Shown: piece after piece, positions 35,861 through 49,632 of the stretch
How positions within the stretch are numbered: position 1 is the first letter of the stretch
Layout of the letters: each line of letters opens with the position of its first letter
NCBI GenBank assembly: GCA_043228905.1
Contig: JBHGNT010000007.1
Location: 15,314,001-15,378,000, forward strand
Origin: Azolla caroliniana
Taxonomy: Eukaryota > Plantae > Polypodiophyta
Direction of reading: 5' to 3'
Length of the DNA: 64,000 bases
The notes under the pieces: generated by a model
What the model was told of the DNA's origin: nothing
The model's input: only the letters and a program-made list of their open reading frames with translations
Databases searched by the model: none
Program-made: the position numbers and the translations under genes

Positions 35861-38800
35861 GTGCAACGACCTAGAAACTGTCATACGCAGGTACAGAACA
35901 GAATCGAATGCTTCTTGATCTTCCGCATAGACGACCTTGTCTACAACATCTGGTATCAGAGCCTGCACAGTATTCGGTCCTTCAATCCGCTGTCGGCCGT
36001 CGTCTCAGCCTGCACAGCATTCGGTTTCTTGCGTCATTTGAAGAAGAGAGAAGAAGAAGAAAAACGAGGCTTGCATCTCATCGCGTTAGATCATCTTCGC
36101 TTGGAGTAAGACAGCCGGTTGTACTCTGTTCCTTGTGATCGTAACCGCTCGAGGTGAAATCCCCTTGTGCAACATTGACACGATCGTGCTCCACTCGGTT
36201 AAACGGCATCCGAAGAGGTTATCAAACGCTGCTCGCCGCTCGTTGTAACCACTAGGTGCAGATCGGTCTCAAGACAACAACCCAAATTCGTGCTTCATCC
36301 GGCTGATTGACATTCGGGAGGATCAGTTGGATCCGTCTCTCTCGTCGCTGCAGTCACCCGAAGCAGAATCGGTCCAGACAATCGGTTTCAATAATCGGTA
36401 TTTGGCATATATATTCGGAAGCGAACCGGGCTCACTCCGACTCGGCAACATTCGGGAAGACCAGTCGGTTCTGTCCCTCAAGTTACCGGAGTCAATTCGA
36501 GCAAGTTCAACAATACATATATCCGAAGCCGAACCGACTCGGGTTCATATCCGACTAGAACGATATCGGGTGAGCCAACCGGCTGCACTCCAATAAGGTT
36601 CGTAGTCAACTCCGAACCGAGCTTCGTCAACCGAAACCAAATTTGATGGCATCAACATCCGGCTCGTCAGAAATGAGTCTACGAAAGTTCGATGGATCGA
36701 ACTTCAACTTCTGGAAGGAGCAAATGCAGGACTATCTCATAGTCAAGGGGCAAATCGATCCCATCGAAAATGAAGAACCTCCAGAAGGATACAAACCAAT
36801 TGAGTGGCAGAAGCTGGACAGAATCGTCCGCGCCACGATTCGGATGCACCTATCGAAATCGGTATACTTTACGGTGCAATCGTGTACGACAGCATTGGAA
36901 CTGTGGAAAACACTGTCGGACACCTACGAAAAGAAGGTCGCTGCAACGAAGATGTTTCTGATCCGGCGCCTCTACAACTTGCGGATGAAAGAATCCGATT
37001 CGGTTCAAGCACATCTCAATGAGTACGAAAGCATAAGCTCCCAAATCTCGTCACAGGGGACGGCAATCGAGGATGAACTCAGAGCAATGATACTCATGAG
37101 CAGCCTTCCCTCATCATGGGAAACTTTCGTCACAACTGTGTGCAACGCGTCAACCACGGCTGTTAAATACTCCGAAGTCACGAGCGCAATCCTGACCGAA
37201 GCAGCTCGGAGAAAGTCTTTCGCCAAAGACTCAACAGACGACGCTTACGTAGTACAAGGTTCGACAGACCGATCGAACATACGAGGAAGAGACTCCTCAC
37301 GGCCGCCGAACAATCAGCGAAGACGGAGCCAGTCACGGGATAATCGAATCTACAACTATTGCAAGAAACCCGGACACATCAAAGCCGACTGCCGCGCACT
37401 CAAGAACAAGAACGACAAGTCTCAGAGATCAGACAAGAAGAGTGGCCGGCATGAGGAGATCAATTACGTCAGCTTCTCAACTGATGTGCTACCAAACGAC
37501 CCGAATATACTATCAATCGAAAATCCAGTCGGATCAGAAGTTCTGCTCACGACTGAAGAATCGAGCACATGGCTCTTAGATTCGGGCGCGTCATTTCACG
37601 TGACTCCTCATCGATCCCAATTTCGGCAATATACGATCCGTCACTCCGACTCAGTTCGAGTCGGCAACTCGCAACACTGTGACATCATTGGAATCGGCAC
37701 AGTAGAGCTCAACCTTGCAGGTGGCTCTACACTTGTACTTCACAATGTCCGACATGTACCCGAGCTCTCAAGGCCATTGATCTCAGTCGGACAACTAGAT
37801 GAAGACGGCATTCGTGCCGGTTTTTCTTCGGGAGGGTGGACACTCCACAGGGGGAACCTCCTGCTTGCTAGAGGACCCAAGATACACTCACTGTATCCGT
37901 TACATGTTACGCTCAGAGAGGGTAACCTGTTTTTGGTGGATATTCCTGTGTCATCACTATGGCACAGAAGATTAGGACACCTCAGCAAGGCCGGCATTAC
38001 GCATCTATCTAGAGCCGGATACATCCCGAAACTCTCCTTCTCCGACCATCAATTCTGCGAGCATTGCCAGTATGGCAAACAAGCAGCCGCATCACACCCG
38101 ACATCAGCACCAAGAGAAACGAGACCTCTCGATTTGGTTCACTCGGACGTCTGTGGCCCAATGCCGCATCAGTCTCTCGGCGGTGCCTCTTACTTCGTCA
38201 GTTTTATTGACGATTCGACTCGAAAGGTGTGGGCTTATCCAATTCGCACCAAAGATCGTGTCTTCTCGATCTTCTCCGATTGGCTCGCTATGGTAGAAAA
38301 TCAAACCGACCGAAACTGAAATGCTTTCGGACCGACAATGGGGGAGAGTTCAAATCAGAAGAATTCGTCAAATTCTGCCGACAACGCGGCATCCGACGTG
38401 AATTTACGGCACCACACAGTCCGGAGCAAAACGGGATTGCCGAACGCATGAATCGGACAATCCAAGAACGGATAGTTTCCATGCTCCAACACTCCGGACT
38501 ATCGGATGGCTTCTGGGCAGAGGCTCTACTCACGGCAGTACACATAATCAATATGTCGCCAAGCAGACCTCTAGGACTTCAAATTCCTCAGGAACTATGG
38601 ATCGGCAGTAAGCCGAATTACGACAAGCTGAGGATCTTCGGATGCGAGGCGTACGCCCTTATTCCGAAAGATGATCGCCGAAAACTTGCACCTCGGTCCA
38701 GGAAATGCATTTTCCTTGGATATGGATCAGACGGCGAAATGGGATACCGACTCTGGGACCCCGAACGCAGACAAATCGTTCGAAGTTCGGACGTTGTGTT

Positions 38801-41006
38801 CAACGAGTCGGCTATGAATCCATCAGTCGAAAAACCGATCGAAGTCCGAAGGGTAACATTTTCCGATGTGCCGACCCTTCAAGAAGGCCCCGCTCTTAAC
38901 ACACGGTCAGCTTCACGGGTAGCTGAACCTTACACTACCGACTTGGACAACTCCGACTCGGCACAGCAGAACAATCCGCTTTCGGACCATCCGACCTCGA
39001 TACCCGATGCGACCAGTCCAATCATACCTCGACGATCCGAGAGACTGTCGCAACCTCCGGAGAGGTATTCTCCTGGAACTTTCTTCACCGACGCCGGCGA
39101 ACCGACGTCTTACGAAGAAGCATCGACATCTGTCGATTCAGCCACCTGGCATCTGGCGATGGAGTCGGAAATGCACTCCATTCGGGCAAACAAGACTTGG
39201 GATCTGGTCGAATTACCTAGGAACCGACGTGCTCTTCCTTGCAAGTGGGTTTATCGACTAAAAGAGACGTCTGATTCGACCACCCCAAAGTACAAGGCCA
39301 GATTAGTTGCGAAGGGCTTCCGACAAGAATATGGCGTCGACTTCGACGAGATTTTTTCACCAGTGGTGAAAATGACAACCCTTCGTTTTCTACTCGGCGT
39401 AGTGGCAGCCGACAACTTGGAGCTGATTCAGCTAGATGTCAAAACAGCCTTCCTCCATGGTGATCTTGACGAGGAAATTTATATGGAGCAGCCAAAAGGC
39501 TTCGTGGCGACTGGCCAAGAACATCTAGTCTGCCGACTCAGGAAGAGTCTATACGGCCTCAAATAGGCACCGCGACAATGGTACAAGAAGTTCGACGACT
39601 TCATCCAATCGATCGGCTTCTCAAAAAGCGATGAGGACCATTGTCTCTTCACCAACACAGCTCAAGATGGATCACCCATCTTCCTCATCATTTACGTGGA
39701 CGACATGCTAATTTCTGGACGCCACGCGGGCGAACTTGCCGATCTCATTCGGCAACTGCGGTTGAAGTTTGCCATGAAGGACCTCGGTCCGGCACGACAC
39801 ATACTCGGCATGAAGATTAGTCGGCATCGCGATAAACGACATCTTTTTTTGTCTCAGACCGACTATATCCGACGTGTCTTGGAACGCTTCAACATGCAAT
39901 CAGCCAAATCTGCTTCAACCCCGCTCCCCATGAATCTTCGGCTCTCTCAGCGAGACTGCCCGACATCCGGTCCGGAGGGGGAAGATATGAAGTCGGTACC
40001 GTATGCACCAGCAGTCGGCTCCCTTATGTACGCCGTAGGAGTCGTCAGCAGATTTATGCACAATCCTGGCCGATCGCATTGGAACGCAGTCAAGCATGTG
40101 TTCAGATATCTGGCTGGCACAAAAGACCACGACATTCTTTTCGGTCCGAACTGAACCACAGGCGTAGTCGGTTACACCGACTCGGACTTCGCCGGCTGTA
40201 TAGACAGTCGGAAATCAACAACTGGATACTGCTTCAAATTCGGCAATGGAGCAATCTCGTGGAAGTCGAAACTTCAGGAGTGCACAGCGACCTCAACGAC
40301 CGAAGCAGAATATGTAGCCGCGTCCGACGCAGCAAAAGAAGCTTTGTGGCTCGGTCGGCTGGCGCACACGTTTCGACAAGTCGACCATGACTCGGCCCCA
40401 GTTGTCTATAGCGACAGTCAAGGTGCTGTTGCCTTGTCGAGAAATCCGGTTCACCACAACGCCTCCAAACATATCGACGTTCGATATCACTTCGTTCGGG
40501 ACTGCGTCATTTCAGGGAAAATCGGTCTAGAGAAAATATCCACAACCGACAATGTCGCAGATGGAATGACCAAGTGTCTTTCGGCAGACCGCTTTCGGTC
40601 TCTTCGGCATCAGATGGGCGTAACGACAAACCAGTCCGGTTAGAGCCGAACACAGCGCAGGATGGTTTCCGATAACCGACATCAGTTTCTTAATGATCGG
40701 CTTCAACTCTTCCGACCCGACCAGTTCGGTCTTCTGCCTCGGACCCTGCCGACTCGAACAAAATTGATATGTCCGAGAACCTAAGTTTATACCTGTAATC
40801 TTAGATAACCCATGTATACGCCCATTACGGGGGAGTGTCGAATACAAGTGTATAATGGACGTATTCACACTATCCCTTTGGGCCATTTGTGTAATTAGCA
40901 TAAATGGCAGTTGCCCTAAGTTCGTCACTATATATAGTGACCTTATAACCTCTTTGTAAGGTTGGGTTGTATTATTGCTTTATGGAATAGAAAGAGTCGT
41001 TTTGTG

Positions 41007-41075
<69 letters not shown>

Positions 41076-41163
41076 GTGCAACGACCTAGAAACTGTCATA
41101 CGCAGGTACAGAACAGAATCAAATGCTTCTTGATCTTCCGCATAGACGACCTTGTCTACAACA
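35653..41163 (+). mobile_element. Young full-length Copia retrotransposon
   Basis: LTRs 35653-35948 and 40836-41163, near-identical apart from (CT)n length and about one substitution. TSD CACAC. PBS TGGTATCAGAGC at 35951-35962. PPT GGGGGAG before 40836. Confidence 0.95.
36646..40643 (+). pseudogene. Copia gag-pol polyprotein, disabled
   Basis: Gag knuckle, LLDSGASFH, integrase HSDVCGP/TDNGGEF, RT YVDDML, RNase H DSDFAG. Frameshift near 38310, stops at 39564 and 40152, short deletion near 40033. Confidence 0.9.
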
Positions 41164-43731
41164 CACACCTTTTGCGGCGTGTCTCCATGCAAGGGCACTG
41201 AGGGTGATCTGTTTATCACATACGTCGTTGTCGACAACGCCTCAACCCAAAACTTCTTGGGTAGTTTAGCATGTGCTAGCATACTCCAGACCCTCTCCAT
41301 TATGGTCTGGTTCATCCTCTGGGCTAGACCGTTTAGTTCCGGCGTTATCGGCATGGTAAATTCGAGACGGATTCCCTTCAAGCGGCAATACTCCTCGAAC
41401 TGCCCCCGGTATTCCCCTCCGTTATCTGCTCGAACTGCCTTCAGCTTCCGTCTGGTTTCTCTTTCCACTCTTGTGTGGAGCTCCTTGAAGACGGATAACA
41501 CCTGATCCTTCGTCTTCAACGGTGTAACCCACAGCCTCCTGCTGTGGTCATCTAGGAACGTCACGAAGTACTGCGCTCTGGCATGGGATGTCGTGTCCAC
41601 TTGACACACATCAGTATGCACCAACTCCAATGGTGCATTACGTCTCATCGGTGGCCTTGATTGGAAGGAGGTCCGGTTTTGCTTACCGGCTAGGCAGTCG
41701 GTGCACCTCTCAAGATGCACGTTCTTCACCGGAATGAGGTTGTCATCAGCAAGCCTTTTCATCCCCTTCACGCTCCTGTGACATAGTCTCTTGTGCCACA
41801 GCTTACCGGTAGTGTCGGAAGCCACGTTCAATTCTTCTGGGCATAACCGGGCATTCATCAGGTACAACGTGTTGACCGTCCAGGCCCGAGCCACTATTAG
41901 GCTCCCTTTGCTAGATTTCATGACTCCGTTCTGGATGCTACCCCTATAGCCTTCATCATCTAGCCGACCGGCTGATATCAAGTTCAATCGAACCTCCGGA
42001 ACGTGTCGGACATCTTTCAGCGGCAGCTTGGATCCGGTTGGTGTTATCAACCACACGTCTCTTATGCCCACAATTCGGCATGTACCTTCATTCGCCATCC
42101 GGACACAGTCGTGATCACCGCTTGTGTAGGATGAGAAGCATTTCCAGTCAGGGGTAAGGTGGAATGACGCTCCGGAATCAAGAACCCACATTGTCTCGTC
42201 ACCGACAAGGTTCAACTCACTCTCCTCGATGATGACCATCAACTCTTCCTCACTTGCCGCGATTTTCGTCGTTCCCTTCCAGTCCGGCCCCCTCCGGTCT
42301 TTACCGTTCCGGTCCGGTGTCTGCTTCGAATCGGTACCGTCGGTTTCCTTGTCTTTTCGGAAGTGCCGACAATTCTTCTGGAAGTGTCCCGACTTGCCGC
42401 AATAGAAGCAAGTAGGCCTCCCCCTTGACTTTGATCGTGTCCCCGACTTTTCCCGGTTCTGGGGACTACGGTTCCTTTGTCTTCCACGTTCCGATTCAGT
42501 AAGGAGCGCTTCAGTGTCGGAGCTCATATCCTTGTCTTTCCGACGCGCCTCCTCATCTAGCAAGCTCGACTTCACTATTGCTAGGGATAACCGTTTCCCT
42601 TCCGGCCCGGCGTTGCCCGAAGTGACAACCAACGTCTCCCAACTATCTGGGAGGGAACCGAGCAGGATTAGTGCGAATAACTCATTGGCAAGAGGTACTT
42701 CCAATGATGTTGCCTGGTGGATCAGCCCCTAGAAGGCATTCATGTGCTCCGCCATGCTGGAGCCATCTTGGTACCGGAGACTTACTAGCTTCCGAAATAC
42801 CAAAACCTGATTAACAACGTTTTTGTTCTGAAACATAATGCCGATCTTCTCCCAGAGCTCATCAGCCTTGCTCTCTTCATTAAAGTTGTTGTATAGACTC
42901 ATGTCGATGAAACACCGTATGTACGCCGTTGTCTTCATGTGCATCACCTCCCATATCATGGCATCGATGTTGTCTGTTCTCTTGTCCCCGAACTGAACCG
43001 GAAACCAAAGATCTTTAACCACAAGCATGTCCCTCATCTTCGGCTTCCACACTGATTAGTTGGAGCTGGTGAGCTTGAACATGCCTCCCAACGAATCTTC
43101 CATTTTTCTGTGTCGTTTCGCTCTGATACTAGTTTGACGAGAAATATGCGGAATAATCTACGGCCACAACCGAAGCGTATATCACTTGATGACAATCAAA
43201 CACAGAAGAAATGGGAATGGAGGTAAGTACACAAACATAAAGAGAATACACAGGATGTTAACGTGGAAAACCCTGAGAGGGAAAAACCACGGGAGTCCAC
43301 AGAGTCCAAACTATCACTATGTCAAGGAGTACAACAGGGAGCACAGAGGCAACGACCTCTTGCTCACGATCTTCACTTGGCGGCGGTTACAACAAAGACA
43401 TGCTTTGTATCACTCTCTCACTCTCTCTTAGTACAGTCGTTACACCAATAACACTATAGAAAGATAATAACAACAACTCTAATAATGATACACATTGTTT
43501 GCCCTAGGTCACATTTATGCTAATATGACATTAGGACTATTTACAGATATAGCCCCAATGGGCTCTCAAAAACATATACATATATGTCCCTTCATCCGGT
43601 GAGAGGTTCTCACCGGGCCTGCAACATCCGGTTCTCACCAGGTCTTCCTTGTCGGGTACTCGTCATCCGGTTCTCACCATCTTCTGATGTCGGGCCTTCG
43701 TATCCCATCCGGAGGGACGAAGATCCTAACA

Positions 43732-45328
43732 CTGTTTATCGTCTGATGATTCCTCAATCTCTTGTAGCACCTTCCCGATCATCAACCTTTCTCCCTCATA
43801 TTCTTCTTCTCGGAATTCTTGGATTACGTTTACTCGGCATATGTGCTCCGAAGCAAAGTAGTCTTCAGAAACTTCTTCATTATCGGATCCGGCTATGTCG
43901 TCTTCGAATGGAGCCCTTGATAGCATATCCGCTACCGCGTTGTCTTTTCCGGAGATGTGTCGTACGTCCGGGTAAAGCGACTTAACATATGTTATCCATC
44001 TTAGCATAGCCACATCCAGTATCATGCAACACCGCATCATCCCGAGTATCGGAAGACAATCCATTTCGATCATTACTTCGGCTCCGATCAAATAATCTCG
44101 ATCCGATTTGATTGCCGACATGACTCCTCATAATTCTCTTTTGACTTCTGCATATCCACATTGCCTTTCGTTGAGAACCTTTGCTCCGAATTGGATCGGA
44201 TCGGATATCGCAAACCATCCGAGTCTGCTTGATTGATGACCCATCCTATCCCGGTTGGACTTGTATCAACCGTTACTATGATCGGTCACTCATAGCTCGG
44301 CTTCTTAAGTGCTTTAGCCCCCCGTAGTGTTTTCTTGAGCTTCTTCATGGCTTTGGTGTGTTCCGGTTTCCATTCGAACTTCTTCGCCTTCTGCAATAAG
44401 TGATAGAGTCAGGTGGGAACCACTGAGGTTTTGGACTAGGAGAAAGAAGAATACAATATAAGGCTAGTTATGAATAGGTAGAAAGAGAAGTAAGAAATAA
44501 AACTTGTGAATCCCACGTGTTTAGTGTATTTAATCAATATTTAGATTGTAAGAAAGAGAATTTTGATGATAAACTCATGAATCCCACGAATATATTAGAT
44601 TGATCAATCCTTGTAAAATAATCAACATTACCATACATCTTTCTCTCCTCCTTATATAAGGATGGAAGAGGCTAAGCATAGCTTCATGCTTTTTCTAAAG
44701 TGTTCATGCACACTAAATGTGCATGAGTTGCGTTTTACACTATGCTTTTATTTCCTAAATATAGTCCTCATGCTCGCTAGATGTGCACGAGTAATTTTTT
44801 ATTGGTGTACATTTTTCTTATAAATAAAGTATTCACGCATTCTAAAAATGCATGACTTATCTTTTAATAAAGGTAGGCGTAAATAAAGGTCTTATAGGTA
44901 TTAAATCTACATTTAGAACACTTAAGCTAAGTTAGTACAATGGTAAGGTTGAGGTATGTCTACGTGGAGGTACAGGGTTCAAATCCTGCCCTATGCACGT
45001 AACAATCTTTTCTTCTATTCACAAATTTTCCTCTTCATCTGGTGAGAGACTCTCACCGGCCTTCTTTATCCGGCTCCTTGATCTGGTTCCTACCGGGTCC
45101 TCCTTGCCGGTCCCTCCTTCATCTGGTTCTCACCGGTTCTCCTTACCGGGTCCTCCTTACCGGTTCCTCCTTGCCGGTTCCTACTTCATCCGGTTCTCCT
45201 TACCGGTTCCTCCTTGCCTGTTCCTCCTTCATCTGGTTCTCACCGGTTCTCTATATCGTTTCGTCCTTGTCCCATCTGGAGGGACAAAAATGTAATTTTC
45301 ACGTAGTGTCCAAATTACACTACGACAA
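43732..45328 (-). mobile_element. Gypsy RNase H relic (43732-~44410) plus an LTR-like segment (~44411-45328)
   Basis: IKSDRDYLIGAEV..NAVADMLSRA is homologous to 59561-59900. The LTR-like segment resembles the 15180-type LTR and has CCGGTTC-rich repeats. Confidence 0.65.
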
Positions 45329-45329
45329 C

Positions 45330-48135
45330 GTACTCGATCAGTTGCGTATGTGTTGCGTATCGTTGCGTATTGCTTCCATGTCACATGTAGCTCTACTCCC
45401 CCTCAAGTTCGGCAATGTAGATGTCGTGAGACCAAAGTCCGATGCAAATTGCCCGAGCTTGTCGACCTCTAAGGCCTTCGTAAATATATCAGCAACTTGG
45501 AGGTGCGTACTGGTATGTTGGAGATTGATCTCCCCAACCTATATGCGCTCGTGGATGAAGTGGTAATGCACTTTGATATGTTTAGTCCGCGCGTAAAATA
45601 CGAGGTTCCGCGCCAGGTAGATACTGCTCATGTTGTCGTATTAGAGACGAGATGGATCCTTCATAGGAACGCCCAGATCCTTTTGTATGCGCTTAAGCCA
45701 TACGGCTTCACATGCGGCGATTGCTACGCCCCTATATTCGGCTTCCGTGCTCAATAGTGCGACTGTCGGTTGTTTCTTGCTGCTCCAAGAGATTGCTCCG
45801 CTGCCGAGGGAGAAGACAAATCCGGAGGTGGATCGTCTATCCGCTTTATAGCCTGCCCAGTCCGCGTCGGTGTACCCTTCGAGTCGAATAGTCGTGTTCG
45901 ACTTATACATGATGTTGTAAGCCATTGTTGTACTGACATACCGTAGTATCCTCTTAGCAATCAAGATGAAGGTTTTGCGGATTCTGCATGAATTGGCTAA
46001 GTAGGCCGAGTGAATAATTGAGGTCGGGTTGCGTAATGGTTAGATAGATCAAACTACCGATCAGTTGTCGATACTGAGTTGGCTTGCTCTCAATGGTTCC
46101 GGAATTGGCATCAATCTTTAGGTTACGATCGAGAGGGGTAGACACAGGCTTGCACTCGGTCATTCCGAACTTGTAGAGTAAGTTAAGTACGTAGTGCCGT
46201 TGTGAGATCATTATCCTAACTGGTGTCCGAATTACTTCAATGCCTAGGATGTAATGGAGTTCGTGCAGGTCTTTCATTTCGAATCTGCCGGAGAGAAGTG
46301 TTTTGACTTTGTTGATCTCAACGAGATCCTTTCTTCCGATGACCAAGTCATCCACGTATAGGATGATGATGATTGGGCTATCCGACTCATTTCGGATGTA
46401 CAGAGAAGTATCAGATTTTGACATCCGAAATCCGACTTGATGAAGATAATGTGTGATCTTCGAATGCCAAGCACGCAGTGCTTGTTTCAGTCCGTAGAGT
46501 GGCTTCTTGAGTCGGCATACAACGTGCGGATGTTTACGCGATTCGAATCTGGGTGGTTGTATCATGTACACCTCTTCTTCTAACTATCCTTGGAGGAAAG
46601 CATTTTTCATATCCATCTGGTGGAGGTGTCATCCCTTCGCTGCGACGAGTGCAATTACTATCCATATAGTTGTCATCTTTGCCACTGGGGCAAAGGTTTC
46701 TTCATAGTCTATGTCGTGCATTTGCGCGTAGCCTTTCGCAATGAGTTGTGCTTTGAAGCGATTTACGGATCCGTCGGCATTGTATTTTACTTTGTATATC
46801 CATCTGCAACCAATCGCTTTCTTGTTCGGGGAGAGAGGAGCAAGATCCCATGTCTCGTTTTTGCATAAAGCTTCCATCTCCTCATTCATCCCGTCGACCC
46901 ATGCCGAATCGTTTGTGGCTTTGGAAAGCATTTCCGGTTCCCGTACTGACGTTACATTCATCATAAAAGCGTAGAGATACGCCATGTACTTGTTGTAGCC
47001 ATAGTGGTTTACAGGGTTCTTTTCACGTGTGGATCAGCAGAGCTCTTGATCCATGGGGAGTATTCACTCCATCTATGCGGATGTCAAGAGAGTGAAGCAT
47101 CTCAGTCTCTTCCTAATCTTCATATTCCCGCATTTTCACCTTCCCTTTGTCCAGCTTCCACAGATGTGCTTTCATCGCTCGGCGGCTCTGATGGCCCACT
47201 CAACCGTGTCGTAATTGGGTTGTCTTCTAACATCTGTGTGAGCTAGTCCTCAGCTTCTATTTCTATTTCAGTGTCATCCGCATCGAGTGGGGTTGGAGTC
47301 GAAGTGTTCTCTAGTGCGTACCAGGATGCGTATTCGTCAACGACTACGTCTCGACTTGTTCGAACTTTACGGGTAGATAGGTCGTAGCATTTGTACCCCT
47401 TCTGTTCAAGTGAGTATCCTACGAGGATACATTTCTCCAACTTTGGGTCAGGCTTTTGCCACGTATCGTCGGGAATATGTACGTAGGTGATAGAACCAAA
47501 AATGTGGACATGTGACAAGTCTGGCTTCTTTCCGAAGAACTGCTCATGCGGAGGCCGACAACTCCTCTTCGTAGTGGCCGGGCTTTCCGCAATACCCGCA
47601 TTCAACTGGGTTCCTATGGTTGCATGGTCCAGTGTGATGACTCCTCCTTCCGCCGAACTCTATGGAACCATTTCTGTCCGCTTGCCATTGGTGGGAGTTA
47701 CGCTCTTGGTTATGTCGGCCTTGGCCAAATCGACCTCTCTTTCTGCGGCTTTGTCCTCTTCCTCCATCGAAGTTCGAATATAGCATTTGTCCGTCATGCG
47801 CGTTGTTCCTTTGACGCACGTGATTCTCTTCGACTAGCAACAATGATTGGAGATCAAAAAAGGAGGAAGGATTCTCTCTCACGAGAATGGTTGATCTTAT
47901 TGCGTCAAATCGCGGTGCCAAGCCACCGAGGCATATCTGCACCATTTCTTCGTCGTCAATGCTAACATTGATTGATTCAAGGGCATTGAACAACTCCTTG
48001 ATCTTTAAGGTGTAGTTGCCGATTGACATGTCCCTTTGTTGAAGATTGTTCAGCTCCTATCGAAGTTGGAGCTTTTGTGCGGCCGTATTGGCTGCGAAAA
48101 TCTTCTTGAGGTTTTCCCACGCCTGCTTCGGCGTT
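45330..48135 (-). mobile_element. Internally deleted Copia (gag joined to integrase end, RT, RNase H)
   Basis: Gag CGYCGKPGHYEEE directly abuts HEQFFGKKPDLSH. RT IILYVDDL, RNase H YTDADWAG, PPT at ~45395-45405. Confidence 0.8.
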
Positions 48136-49317
48136 TCATTTTGCCTCTCGAAGAGCGCTTCCCATTTGAGTATTCATGGTGATTTCTTCTCTATTGATGG
48201 GCCAGTTCTGTTGATCGTCGGCGTGCAGCACAACACAGTCGAATAGGCTTAATTAGGCAACCACACGTTGTCGTGTGAATCTTCAGACACTATGTAAAAA
48301 ATAATAATGAAATAATTATTATAGATTAGATTAGTAGCTTACTATAGAAAGATGGATATACTCAAGAGCTTCAAAATGTATTTTACTATATACAAAATGG
48401 AGAAATACATATCAAGTTATGTGAAAATAAAGTTTGAGAAGATAGAGAAATTAGAACTATCCCACATAGATAGGAAACTTAAGGCCCTGGCTATATAAGC
48501 ACCTTGAGCTCCCTCATTTTTCATTTGTTCTAAGAGCACTTTGGCCACTTTGTCTTGATGGATGATGGTGGCCAAATTCCCTAAATTCGGAAACCGGCCG
48601 GTAGGAAAATTCGGAAAACGGGTTCGGTAAGCAAATCCGGAAACCAGCCGGTATGCAAAACCGGAATCGGAACCGGTCGGCAAGCAAACCGGAACCAGCC
48701 GACAAGAAAAACCGGAACCATCCGGTAAGCAAAACCGGAACTGGAACCGGTATGCAAACCGGAACCGGCCTGTAAGCAAAACTGGAACCGGAACCGGTAT
48801 GCAAACCGGAAACCAACTGGTAAGCAAAACAGGAACCGGAACCGACCGACAAGCAAAACTGGAACCGGTCGGCGAGGGATTCGACGATCGGGCGGAACCG
48901 ACGACCGTACGAGGTTAGACGCAAATCGAACGGATAAAAGGATCATGTGGCTATTTAAAGAAAGGTAAAAGAGACTAAAGTAAAGGTCAAGTGGACGGTC
49001 CCATGAAACTAAAGAAAAAGCCATGCAACTAAAAATAGATTCAACGAAAAGAAAAGCTATGCAACTAAAAGTAGAGGCAATCCAACAAAAAGTGGAGGCA
49101 TATGATCAACGAGGAACTCCATATATAATTCCATTTTTTTTCCTATATTCATATGCTCTCTCCATATTATATTGTTCTTCTTTTCCTTCGGAGCTCTCTT
49201 ATCTTATCGAAGCTGTCATGAACAGTACTGAGACAGAGAAGGAATTAGTACTGAACGAAGGATTAGTACTATGAGAGGTGTGGAACTTCTTCGAGAGAAG
49301 GAAGAAGTGAGCGAGAC

Positions 49318-49364
<47 letters not shown>

Positions 49365-49632
49365 TGATAAGAAAGATATTTATTATATGAAGAGAATATA
49401 CAACGGTGGCTAAAAGGCTTAAGACTGGCGTTGAACCAATTTGGTTCAACATAATGCCTAGTGCCCTCTTTTATAGTGTTTTCAGGAGTAATCCTGAAGC
49501 TTCTAGAATGTTCCAGAGAAATCTGGAATATACACTAATTTCCTATAATAAAATGTAAATGAAAATAATATCCTACGTATTACAAGAGCTCGACCCATAT
49601 AACCTAAGGTCATGGGTTCGAGTCTTGCCATA

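Larger units (their letters stand above)
33022..43731 (-). mobile_element. Full-length but decayed Copia with mismatched flanks, interrupted by a younger Copia
   Basis: LTRs 33022-33571 and 43147-43731; PBS-like TAGTATCAGAGC at 43120-43131; PPT at 33572-33581; gag-PR-INT 43103-41165 (CFYCGKSGHFQKNC, LDSGAS); INT-RT-RH 35650-33582. Confidence 0.9.

Noticed and set aside
41008-41069. Stand-alone (CT)n microsatellite and ERERER protein tail
   Set aside because: Part of the Copia LTR. The 574-aa ORF merely reads into the inserted LTR.
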